NCBI RefSeq assembly: GCF_001194135.2
Contig: NC_068995.1
Coordinates: forward strand, 18,547,419-18,603,629
Reading direction: 5' to 3'
Source of the DNA: Octopus bimaculoides
Lineage: Eukaryota
Length of the DNA stretch: 56,211 nt
Shown here: positions 37,126 through 48,594 of the stretch, piece after piece
Layout of the letters: each line of letters begins with the position of its first letter
Position numbering within the stretch: the stretch's first letter is position 1
Notes under the pieces: generated by a model
What the model saw: the letters and a program-made list of their open reading frames with translations, nothing else
Told to the model about the DNA's origin: nothing
The model's database searches: none
Position numbers and translations under genes: made by a program

Positions 37126-38299
37126 TAATAGAGAGGGTTATTTTAATCGAACTTTTAGAAGATAAGAACAACCCTGCTAAAAATTTCTCAGATTTCACAA
37201 AATATTTAGAATAGATAATTTTAAGAATTGTGTACTCAAGCTATATTTAATCTAAAGCAGCGTACAGATGCCATTGACCAGCATTACTAGAAGTCTTTAA
37301 AATGTCTTAATAATGTAGATATCGTGAAAGAAATGTGCATGAAAAAACTGTAATTAGAATGTGTAATTAGGTTCTGACGTCTGAGCATTCCAGCCGTTAA
37401 TGTTTACATATTTGCATATCATTTACACAAATAACCGACGCTGTATGAATGTAAGAGGGGGGTGGGGGGTATGTTGTAAAGCTCATTCACACATTCTCCT
37501 AGTTATTAAAATACAAGTTAACTGAATAGTGTGAAAGGAAGACTAGAGAATGGATACTTACGGTCCTTTTGACAGGACTTATTTTGACCTAGGGTTTCCT
37601 AAATAGGGATACGTTTACAATAAGTACATTTCCTCTACGATGGGATACATATGCTGATTCTAGATTTTTATATATATTTTAAGCACAAACTTTCGAAAAA
37701 ATTCCTAGAAAGTGAAAAAGCATTCAAGTTATCCTATTTTGGAAAAAAATATTTTCTTCTTTTTTTGTAACATTGGGGTGTAACGATCTGATTCATATAT
37801 ACTTCAACTGGATTAGTTTAATTCAGAAGAGAAAACACTGAAAAAAAAAAAAAAAAGTGAAATATACAATAGGTTATCCACACAAATCTGTTTATAAGTC
37901 TCAAACAGGGCCAGTCATATACTTTGCAAATGATACTTTTTTTAACTATTGTTTACTGGTGAAACAGATCAAAGAAATATAAAACTCCAGTTAGAACAAC
38001 ACAGCTTTGATGTTGGTTGGCAAGTTAAATGTACGTACGAACGTATGTATACTCACGAACATTCGTACACTTTCAAAACATAAACATACATAGACGCACA
38101 CATGCGAACGTACCCATAGATACAGATATATCTTCATATGTGTGGAAGTAACTATATATTAATGTATGTGTATGTGTTTGAGTGTATGAATGTACATATG
38201 TATATGTGTATGCTTATATATACGCCTTCCCACTCTTAACGACATTTTTTTTATCATTTGATAACGTTCAACTCTTAGTCGTGAATGCATTGTTTACAG

Positions 38300-38455
38300 C
38301 AGTGGTTCCCAAACTTTTCCCTATCAAGGAACCCCCGTTATGTAAATGAGTTTTCCCACGGACTCCTTTTCATATGCCTATCCTTATGTGTGTGTATGTG
38401 CGTGCGTGTGTGTTTGTGTGTTTGTGTGTGTTTGTGTGTTTGTGTGTGTGTGTGT

Positions 38456-38498
<43 letters not shown>

Positions 38499-38578
38499 AA
38501 TATATAAAATTTTGAATTTAGTTCACAGACCTCACTCCACCAGCCCTATCTTTGTGGACCATAGATTTGGAACCACTG
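38300..38578. mobile_element. Non-autonomous hAT (Charlie-type) MITE with internal (TG)n
   Basis: TIRs CAGTGGTTCCCAAAC / GATTTGGAACCACTG; flanking 8-mers GTTTACAG (38292-38299) and GTGTACAG (38579-38586) match 7/8. Confidence 0.85.
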
Positions 38579-39113
38579 GTGTACAGTAAAGCAACCAATA
38601 TTCAGTGTGATTGTGGTTTTATGAAACTACCCGTTATTTGCATACTTCCTGGGATATCATTTTTCATGCAAAAAACATTTGTATGAGTTGATATTTCGAG
38701 CAAAATCTTCCTCCACTTAGCTTAAGTTATATTCCGCACAGATATCCTACATCAGTCGTGGACAAACTGTGGTCAAGGCACTTTCTGAAAGGGACGTGCA
38801 AACAAAAGATAACCTTCAATATGTTTAGTAATGTCGTTTGTTCTATTATTATCCATTTGTTACGCAAACTGCTTCTCGAGAAACATTGTCAATGCCTGTT
38901 CGACAACAATCATAAACGTTTCTTTTCTTTGAAAATGCTGAACTATAGTAATTGTTGTCACTCTAAAGATATTTAAAGAGAAATGATAAAATTGCGGAAG
39001 AACATTTGAAATTGAATGGCAAGGAGAGGGCTGAACTTATATGTACACATACATACATACATACACACATACATACATACATACATACGTACATACGTAC
39101 ACACATACATACA

Positions 39114-39476
39114 TTGTTGGCACTCCGTCGCTTACAACGTCGAGTGTTCCAGTTGATCCGAACAACGGAACAGCCTGCTCGTGAAATTAACGTGCAAGTG
39201 CCTGAGCACTCCACAGACACGTGTCCCCTTAACGTAGTTCTCGGGTATATTTCAGCGTGACACAGTGTGACAAGGCCGACCCATTGAATTACAGGCACAA
39301 CAGAAACAGGAAGTAAGAGTGAGAGAAAGTTGTGGTGGAAGAGTACAGCAGGGTTCGCCACCATCCCCTGCTGGAGCCTCGTGGAGCTTTAGGTGTTTAC
39401 GCTCAATAAACACTCGAAATCACAATCCTATGACCGCGAGTCCGCTGCCCTAACCACTGGGCCATTGCGCCTCCAC
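39114..39476 (-). mobile_element. tRNA-derived SINE (third family), inserted in a (CATA)n array
   Basis: The reverse complement starts GTGGAGGCGCAATGGCCCAGTGGTTAGGGCAGCGGACTCGCGG (tRNA-like A box). Its 3' ~150 nt are shared with the copy at 46799-47110. Confidence 0.85.
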
Positions 39477-40115
39477 TTGTGCATACATACATACATACAT
39501 ACGTACGTACGTATGTACGTACATATGTATGTATGTATGTATATATATATANNNNNNNNNNNNNNNNNNNNNNNNNNNNNNNNNNNNNNNNNNNNNNNNN
39601 NNNNNNNNNNNNNNNNNNNNNNNNNNNNNNNNNNNNNNNNNNNNNNNNNNNNNNNNNNNNNNNNNNNNNNNNNNNNNNNNNNNNNNNNNNNNNNNNNNNN
39701 NNNNNNNNNNNNNNNNNNNNNNNNNNNNNNNNNNNNNNNNNNNNNNNNNNNNNNNNNNNNNNNNNNNNNNNNNNNNNNNNNNNNNNNNNNNNNNNNNNNN
39801 NNNNNNNNNNNNNNNNNNNNNNNNNNNNNNNNNNNNNNNNNNNNNNNNNNNNNNNNNNNNNNNNNNNNNNNNNNNNNNNNNNNNNNNNNNNNNNNNNNNN
39901 NNNNNNNNNNNNNNNNNNNNNNNNNNNNNNNNNNNNNNNNNNNNNNNNNNNNNNNNNNNNNNNNNNNNNNNNNNNNNNNNNNNNNNNNNNNNNNNNNNNN
40001 NNNNNNNNNNNNNNNNNNNNNNNNNNNNNNNNNNNNNNNNNNNNNNNNNNNNNNNNNNNNNNNNNNNNNNNNNNNNNNNNNNNNNNNNNNNNNNNTATAT
40101 ATATATATATATATG

Positions 40116-40151
<36 letters not shown>

Positions 40152-43100
40152 TACATATGTATGTATATCTACGTATATGTATATGTATATATAGAAATGC
40201 CTACTGACTCTCAAATACGTATTTTTTGATCAGTCCAAGACTTTGTTCTAATCTAACGTTGTACTATGCCATAGCTCTCGAGAATGCTTGTCTTACTCTG
40301 GTTTTCGCAATGTTCACAAAAACGAAGAGTTTATTTCGTGAACGGAAGTGTTTTTTGTATTTTTTTTTTGTATGAAAATTATAGCATGAGAAGGTTGTTA
40401 GCTTACTTCATAGACACTTCTTTGTCCATTCCACCACTTCTGATTACAATCTATGCACATTTCATTCTATCGATGCCTGAGGTGATGCTTTGTGTTTCAC
40501 AAGAAATCACTTGTTAACTCAGAAGCGTTGGAGAAGTAATTAAGCAATATTCTGCAATTTAATAAAAGGGTATTAAATGAAAGATGTGAAAATATTCTTG
40601 GATATGACGAGAGATGTCGTCTCATTTTTGCTTTGAAAACCAAATTTGCTTTTCATAATGGTTCGCTGATAGATAACGTTGTTTATTTCACAAAGTATTG
40701 TTTAAAGACCAAAATGGGTGGCATTACCTATCATTCTTTGGACAACGATGAATTCGTTAGTTCCAGTCTCCTACAATTTAATCCTTCTGCTGGAGATAAC
40801 CAGAAATATTTAATGGTTGTCTAAACGTTTTTTCCGAAATCAGTGACATTTTTGAAAAAAACGTAATTGTAAGCTGTAAAGATCGCAAATATTATTGGCC
40901 AACAATAAGAAACACCAAATAGAATTAAATATCTAAAATTATATGGTGCTTACTCATTCAACGCTCTCTCACATCATGCTTCAATAACTAACATTAGCTT
41001 GTTAATAATCTTCAGTTTCCTCATATGCATACAACCCATATATTCTGGTACATATGCCTCTATGTGTATGCGTATGTATGTCTGTATATCTGTATTCATA
41101 TACATACCCATGTATATATNNNNNNNNNNNNNNNNNNNNNNNNNNNNNNNNNNNNNNNNNNNNNNNNNNNNNNNNNNNNNNNNNNNNNNNNNNNNNNNNN
41201 NNNNNNNNNNNNNNNNNNNNNNNNNNNNNNNNNNNNNNNNNNNNNNNNNNNNNNNNNNNNNNNNNNNNNNNNNNNNNNNNNNNNNNNNNNNNNNNNNNNN
41301 NNNNNNNNNNNNNNNNNNNNNNNNNNNNNNNNNNNNNNNNNNNNNNNNNNNNNNNNNNNNNNNNNNNNNNNNNNNNNNNNNNNNNNNNNNNNNNNNNNNN
41401 NNNNNNNNNNNNNNNNNNNNNNNNNNNNNNNNNNNNNNNNNNNNNNNNNNNNNNNNNNNNNNNNNNNNNNNNNNNNNNNNNNNNNNNNNNNNNNNNNNNN
41501 NNNNNNNNNNNNNNNNNNNNNNNNNNNNNNNNNNNNNNNNNNNNNNNNNNNNNNNNNNNNNNNNNNNNNNNNNNNNNNNNNNNNNNNNNNNNNNNNNNNN
41601 NNNNNNNNNNNNNNNNNNNNNNNNNNNNNNNNNNNNNNNNNNNNNNNNNNNNNNNNNNNNNNNNNNNNNNNNNNNNNNNNNNNNNNNNNNNNNNNNNNNN
41701 NNNNNNNNNNNNNNNNNNNNNNNNNNNNNNNNNNNNNNNNNNNNNNNNNNNNNNNNNNNNNNNNNNNNNNNNNNNNNNNNNNNNNNNNNNNNNNNNNNNN
41801 NNNNNNNNNNNNNNNNNNNNNNNNNNNNNNNNNNNNNNNNNNNNNNNNNNNNNNNNNNNNNNNNNNNNNNNNNNNNNNNNNNNNNNNNNNNNNNNNNNNN
41901 NNNNNNNNNNNNNNNNNNNNNNNNNNNNNNNNNNNNNNNNNNNNNNNNNNNNNNNNNNNNNNNNNNNNNNNNNNNNNNNNNNCCCTCCCTCCCTCCCTCA
42001 CTCTCTTTCTGTCTCTTTTCTCACACTGTCTCTGTTTCTCTAATATTCACAAGAATACAAGCACACACAAACACACGCATTCATGAATAAATGTTTATGT
42101 GTGAAATGTTGGAATGTGGATATGTGTGCGATTGTATATGTATATAGATGTTTATATTTATCCTTGCATGTATGAAAAAAAATATATGTGTGTGTGTGTG
42201 TGTGTGCGTTTACATATATACGTATGTGGTGTGTGCATATCGATACATGCATGGACGAGCATGTATATATATAGATATATATGTTAAACAGAATCCATCT
42301 CTGTGTACGTTCGTACACCGAAACAAATACAGAGAGACACACACATACACGTATGTGTATTTGTGTGTTGGGGTGAGCTTGTGTCTATGTATAACACCAA
42401 TTGTAATTAATTCACAAAAATATATTATCTTTGTGTTGATGGTGTGAGGTGTGAATGTGTTCGCGTGTGTATGAATGCAGGAGAATTACACGATGAAATA
42501 TTTTGTGAATCTCACTTCCGTCGAAATATCTATCCTGCTGTTTGCATTCCCAATAGATGATAGAGATCATAACGTATGATTTAGATAGAAAATGCAGAAG
42601 ACTACGAGCAGTTTGATTAACATTGATATATACCCTCACATAATGCGTAAAGAGACTAAATTCCTGAGCTTAAGAATTTCAGAGGCATCTTCGAACTTAC
42701 GCATACATTCCTCTTATACAAGACCACGAGATATGCAATTCATTTCAAATATTACGCGCATACCCCCTCACCTTATAACAACTTCCGCTTACATGTATAT
42801 TTGCATATGTATGACGATATATATATATATATATATATANNNNNNNNNNNNNNNNNNNNNNNNNNNNNNNNNNNNNNNNNNNNNNNNNNNNNNNNNNNNN
42901 NNNNNNNNNNNNNNNNNNNNNNNNNNNNNNNNNNNNNNNNNNNNNNNNNNNNNNNNNNNNNNNNNNNNNNNNNNNNNNNNNNNNNNNNNNNNNNNNNNNN
43001 NNNNNNNNNNNNNNNNNNNNNNNNNNNNNNNNNNNNNNNNNNNNNNNNNNNNNNNNNNNNNNNNNNNNNNNNNNNNNNNNNNNNNNNNNNNNNNNNNNNN

Positions 43101-43674
43101 NNNNNNNNNNNNNNNNNNNNNNNNNNNNNNNNNNNNNNNNNNNNNNNNNNNNNNNNNNNNNNNNNNNNNNNNNNNNNNNNNNNNNNNNNNNNNNNNNNNN
43201 NNNNNNNNNNNNNNNNNNNNNNNNNNNNNNNNNNNNNNNNNNNNNNNNNNNNNNNNNNNNNNNNNNNNNNNNNNNNNNNNNNNNNNNNNNNNNNNNNNNN
43301 NNNNNNNNNNNNNNNNNNNNNNNNNNNNNNNNNNNNNNNNNNNNNNNNNNNNNNNNNNNNNNNNNNNNNNNNNNNNNNNNNNNNNNNNNNNNNNNNNNNN
43401 NNNNNNNNNNNNNNNNNNNNNNNNNNNNNNNNNNNNNNNNNNNNNNNNNNNNNNNNNNNNNNNNNNNNNNNNNNNNNNNNNNNNNNNNNNNNNNNNNNNN
43501 NNNNNNNNNNNNNNNNNNNNNNNNNNNNNNNNNNNNNNNNNNNNNNNNNNNNNNNNNNNNNNNNNNNNNNNNNNNNNNNNNNNNNNNNNNNNNNNNNNNN
43601 NNNNNNNNNNNNNNNNNNNNNNNNNNNNNNNNNNNNNNNNNNNNNNNNNNNNNNNNNNNNNNNNNNNNNNNNNN

Positions 43675-43728
<54 letters not shown>

Positions 43729-44350
43729 GCCACATATACATATGCACATATATATGTATAGATATATGTAGACAGACGTAGTTATTCCAGATTATTTGAA
43801 GAAAACTTGATGACAAAAATAAATAAATAAATGATTAAAAAAATAATAAAAATGAGACAGAGGATATCAAATTTCGCTGTACTGAATACAATTTTGGAAA
43901 GACGCCTATTTTAGCAGAGTGTTGAGGTTTTCAAGGCGTTAATTTGAATAAATTTTCCGTCGCAACATTACTTAAGTTTAACGAAAGTTTATTCTCCGGA
44001 GGGGGAAAGCGATATATCTTCGATGTAATTTTATTATATTTTTCAAGCCAAAATGTATTATATAATTAGAAACACAAACATGAAGTAAAGCACTATCAAT
44101 CATTGGACGATTCTTGTAGATGTACTTATAGCATATACAGTTATACATGTTTATGCACAACGCATATACACACACGAGAAACATTCATATATATACATAA
44201 ATACAAAAGTATATGTAAATGTATGAGGGGGTGTATGTATATGTGCGTGTACATATATATGTGTGTGTATATATACATATATGTATGTATATATACATAT
44301 TTATATATACATACCACATAGCCGTATATGTAGCTACGTGTCATATATAA

Positions 44351-44395
<45 letters not shown>

Positions 44396-44696
44396 CGTGT
44401 GTGTGTGTATGTATATATGCATATATATATATACATACATATATATNNNNNNNNNNATTTATATATACATACCACATAGCCGTATATGTAGCTACGTGTC
44501 ATATATAAATATATATATATACATATATGCATACACATATATACATGTAAACATATATATGTATATATATATGCATACAAGAGTACAAATATACCTACAT
44601 TTATATCTTGATGTTTATAAATATTTTCTAATTGTCTTCATGTTAGAACAATTGTTGTTGTTATTCATTATTATTAGTAGCAGTATTAGTATTATT

Positions 44697-45070
44697 GAGC
44701 TAGAGTGCAGCGCATGCCAACAAAGTGATGTTGGGTACGAATATACGAAGCCCAATACACCCATCATGGCTACCCGTCTGACAAGGATACTCCATACACG
44801 TATATCATAACCTGATTCATATCTGCACGAGTTGCTGACCTCATATGAAGACAAACAGCGCATCGCCTTCCAAGTAGGGCTCAGTTAGAATTTTGTTCAG
44901 GTCGAGTAGGCCATCTCGGTCGAAAATGTCTCTCTATAAGTGTTGTTGAATTATGAGGAACGGAACAGTAATGTTTCCAATGGTGAATTATTCAAATCCC
45001 TACGTATCACTTTCCAAACATGGGTATGGTGTGCCCTCACTACTCTTGCTCGTGATCAGTGATGCATGTA
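44697..45070 (+). mobile_element. Unclassified interspersed repeat fragment
   Basis: GAGTGCAGCGCATGCCAACAAAGTG..GGTACGAATATACGAAGCCC..CAGTTAGAATTTTGTTCAGGTCGAGTAG..CTCGTGATCAG resembles an abundant octopus repeat as I recall it; not verifiable inside the window. Confidence 0.4.
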
Positions 45071-45390
45071 ATAGCTGAGATAAATATGAGTTTGAGAGTC
45101 ATAATGAATAAAAATTGGTGTGAATAGTGTAGAGAACTTAATAAATTTCAATGGATCACAGAGGAATATTTATGTTCATGTAATGTTTTTTGTTTGTTGA
45201 TTTACAGTTCTTGTACGTCTTGTATTACGAATATTAGATAACTCGCTGGGAGTATTGGTAAATATATTCATTTTTAGTTTGATCCATCAGCACCCTCGTT
45301 TCAGTAACAAGGATGGGATCAGATGGAACAATATAATGATCTTTTATATTTATTCATATATATACGCATCTATGTATGAATGCATTTTAA

Positions 45391-45439
45391 GTCGGTGCTC
45401 CAGCATGTAAGCAGTGAAATAACTGAAACAAGTAAATAG

Positions 45440-45440
<1 letters not shown>
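45391..45440 (+). mobile_element. Extreme 3' end of the microsatellite-containing SINE
   Basis: GTCGGTGCTCCAGCATG..ACTGAAACAAGTAAATAG matches 11675-11720. Confidence 0.65.
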
Positions 45441-45481
<41 letters not shown>

Positions 45482-45584
45482 GAAAAATCAAAATCACGGT
45501 AGAACGAGTATCTCAAGTCATTTAGAATAATTTCATTAGGGTAAGGTGAATTTCAAGTCATACAGATGTTCCCGGGATAACCCA

Positions 45585-45636
45585 AGTGGTTGGTTAAAAT
45601 TTCCGTGCACTGTGTGTTCCGTCATCGGAGGCAACG
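45585..45636 (-). ncRNA. Degenerate hammerhead-like motif in a putative Penelope-like terminal repeat (~45475-45830)
   Basis: Minus strand: GTTGCCT-CCGATGA-CGGaacacacagtgcaCG-GAAA-ttttaacCAAC. The order of core motifs is correct (one mismatch to CTGATGA); stems II and III are eroded. Confidence 0.3.
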
Positions 45637-45829
45637 TATGGATATTCTAGACGGGGAAAATTTACAGATGACAAGGAATAAAATTCACAGTTTATAAGGA
45701 ATAAAATAGAATAACAAAGTAGTAAAATAGAAAAATAAAGAGTAAAAGTAGTTAGACGAATATAGGCAGGAGAATAATGTTCACATCTCATCTTTTGCAA
45801 CAGGATATGGATGTTGGTTGATACTTCCC

Positions 45830-45900
45830 TGATCACTGGGGTCGATGTAATCGACTGATCCCTCCCCCAAAATTGCTACCTGTGTGGAAAAATTTGAATC
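45830..45900 (+). mobile_element. 3' part of an OK/OR-like SINE ending in the (ATT)n array
   Basis: CACTGGGGTCGATGTAATCGACTGATCCCTCCCCCAAAATTGCT..AAAATTTGAATCC followed by ATT repeats. Confidence 0.7.
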
Positions 45901-45914
45901 CATTATTATTAGTA

Positions 45915-45979
<65 letters not shown>

Positions 45980-46048
45980 GTCATTGTTATTGTTGTTGTT
46001 GCGGTTGTTGTTATTGTTATTATTACTATTATTATTATTGTTATTATA
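45901..46048. repeat. (ATT)n/(GTT)n array
   Basis: Direct observation. Confidence 0.95.
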
Positions 46049-46050
46049 TT

Positions 46051-46235
46051 AAGGTGGCGAGCTGGCAGGATCGTTAGCACGCCCGGCGAAATGCTTAGCG
46101 GAATTTTGTCTGCCGCTACGTTCTGAGTTCATATTCCACAAAGGCCGATTTTGCCTTTCATTCTTTCGGGGTCGCTTAGATAAGTACCAATTTCGCAATG
46201 GGCTCGATGTAACCGACTTAATCCCTTCTCCTGAT
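46051..46235 (+). mobile_element. OK/OR-like tRNA-derived SINE, best-preserved copy
   Basis: AAGGTGGCGAGCTGGCAGGATCGTTAGCACGCCCGGCGAAATGCTTAGCGG..TTCTGAGTTCATATTCC (B-box-like)..GGGGTCG..ATAAGTACCA..GATGTAACCGACTTAATCCC. Confidence 0.9.
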
Positions 46236-46288
46236 CCTGAGGCCGTGTGCATCCAGTAGATATAATTATTATGATTACTTTTATCGTG

Positions 46289-46490
46289 AAGTCGGCAAGC
46301 TGGCGAAAATGTTATTTCGCTGGACAAGATTATATGGGATATTTCATCCATCTTTACCTTCTACGTTCAAATACGTTGGGGTTGACTTTGCGCTTCATAA
46401 CTTCAGGGTCGATAAAATAAATTCCAGTTGTCCACTAATGTTGATGTAATCCTCTTACCACTCTCCCGACCGTACTGGCCTTGTTCCCTA
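46289..46490 (+). mobile_element. OK/OR-like SINE, old copy
   Basis: AAGTCGGCAAGCTGGC..ACGTTCAAAT..GTTGACTTTGC..GGGTCGATAAAATAAATTCCAG..GATGTAATC. Confidence 0.65.
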
Positions 46491-46798
46491 TTCAAAATAT
46501 ATATACATATACCAATACATACATAGAACTGTGTGTGCGCGTGTCTTTGATTGTGCCCCAACACAGTATGACAAACAATGTTCCTTTGTTTACGATATCG
46601 CATATTAGCGACTTTGCAAAAGTGACCTGTAGAATAACCGCAAGTAGTACAATAAATACTCCGGTCAATTTGTTTCTGTAAACCCTTTACGAGTGTATTT
46701 TGTACCAGAAATATTTTTCGTTTTTCTCAAAATTATTACCAATAGAGTAACATACATCTGAAACAATATTTTCTCAATATACACACATTTGAAGTGTT

Positions 46799-47110
46799 AA
46801 GACGCGTGGTTTAGTGGTTAAAGGTATTCGACTCATGGTCGTAAAGTTGTGAGTTTAGTTCCCGGCGACGAGTTGTGTCCTTGAGCAAGACACTTTATTT
46901 CACGTTGCTCCAGTTTACTCAGCTGGCAACAATGAGTAGTACTTTTATTTCAAACAATCAGACTTGTCACATTGTTTGTCACGGTGAACTACATTAAAGT
47001 ACGCGTGCCTGTAGAGTGTTCAGTGACTCGCATGTTAGTTTCACGAGCAAGCTCTTCCGTTAATCGGATGAAATGTAACCCTCATCGTCGTAACCGACGG
47101 AGTACCAACA
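46799..47110 (+). mobile_element. tRNA-derived SINE sharing its 3' module with 39114-39476
   Basis: GACGCGTGGTTTAGTGGTTAAAGGTATTCGACTC head, TTGTGTCCTTGAGCAAGACACTTTATTTCACGTTGCTCCAG central block, tail TTTCACGAGCAAGCTCTTCCGTT..CGTCGTAACCGACGGAGTACCAAC. Confidence 0.85.
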
Positions 47111-47384
47111 CCTTTGAAAATATATTTCTCACATGGTTTAGATTACTTCTGTTTTCTCTTAGACCATCGTGATGAACACTGTTGCAGTTGCCTCAATCTT
47201 TGATATATAATCTAATTGTATATTATTAATATCCAAAAATGCATGGCTTCTTTTATAATAGAGATCTGAATAAAAAATGTAAAATCTTGTGATTCTTTGC
47301 TGCGACATTGTAAAACACAAGTCATTAATAGAGGAATTGTAACCTCTCTTTGGGAGACATTGCGACCCAATCTGGACAAAATGT

Positions 47385-47464
47385 CTGATCACCATGCCGT
47401 GCACCCTATCGAGTAACGTTACTCCAGAAATCCATCGGAGGGATGCCATTTCGGCAACTTGTCC
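47385..47464 (-). mobile_element. Short RTE-clade LINE fragment
   Basis: GQVAEMASLRWISGVTLLDRVHGMVIR matches the RTE post-RT motif L..AEMRMLRW..GVT..DR..N..IR. Confidence 0.55.
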
Positions 47465-48401
47465 TCGTATAAATTTTCGATCATAATCGAGTATTAATGA
47501 ACATTATTAATATTAATGTGTCTTAGTGACATCTTCCCACGTAACCATATCATTCTCTGCTGGAAGATTTGCGCAAACTTTATCGAATTAGAGTAAATTC
47601 TAAGCGTTAGAAACTGTCCCCGACTAACGAAACTGCAACGTCTAAAAGCAAGAATGATCGTCTATAAACGTGGATGGTTATGGACCATGCAGCTTGTCTT
47701 ACAAAGTTTGTAATCACGAGAATTGTGTTTGAAATCATTCACAGAGTAGTAAGTGCTAAATTAAACAATATGTTACAAATGCAACCCGAATATTAGAAAA
47801 TTTCAACTTGCAGAATATATTCAGACGTTGAAATTTTCAATTAAATACCGTAGACGACAGGGAAATTATATTTGTGTAAGAAACCATATAAAATTTGAGT
47901 TAGGTATCCATAAATATAAATCCACAAAGACACAAAATGATTGCTTTTTACTAGAGTAGTGATTGATGTCTGTGATTCAGTACATATAATTATATGCGTG
48001 TGAGTAAATGTGTATTTGATTTTATTGCGTATACATAAGAGTAAGGAAAATAATTCAAATCTATTGAAGTTGGAGATTTTTGAATTGAATACGTATGTAT
48101 ACATGCAAATCGACACCCAGTTTAATTTGAATAAGCATTTGGCAATTTTCCTTCAGATCAATCTTTTAAATCCATCACATTGATGCGATAAAAGTTGAAA
48201 ACTGTAAATAAGGCATCGGATGCCATCCAATCAGAGTTTACTGGCTATATTCCATGTTTTATTTGAGTTTCATTGCTAAAACCTTCAACAGTTGACTTTA
48301 CTGACAGCAAATGAAGAAAAATTGAAATATATGGATATACTTTGTTGCAAGAATATCGTACAGAATTATAAATGATGATATCATGCTCATATACAGGTAC
48401 A

Positions 48402-48433
<32 letters not shown>

Positions 48434-48558
48434 AATGTGTCCTTGTGACGGAAGAGAGAGTGAGTTTAGTCATTCTATGTATGTGTGCGTGTATGTAAAT
48501 GTATGTATATATACATATATTCAAACGAACCCATATGTGTGTGTATGTGTGTGTTTGT

Positions 48559-48594
<36 letters not shown>

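Noticed and set aside
39420-39476. tRNA gene (also considered at 46051 and 46799)
   Set aside because: These are tRNA-derived SINE heads without a complete cloverleaf or acceptor stem, and they continue into SINE bodies.
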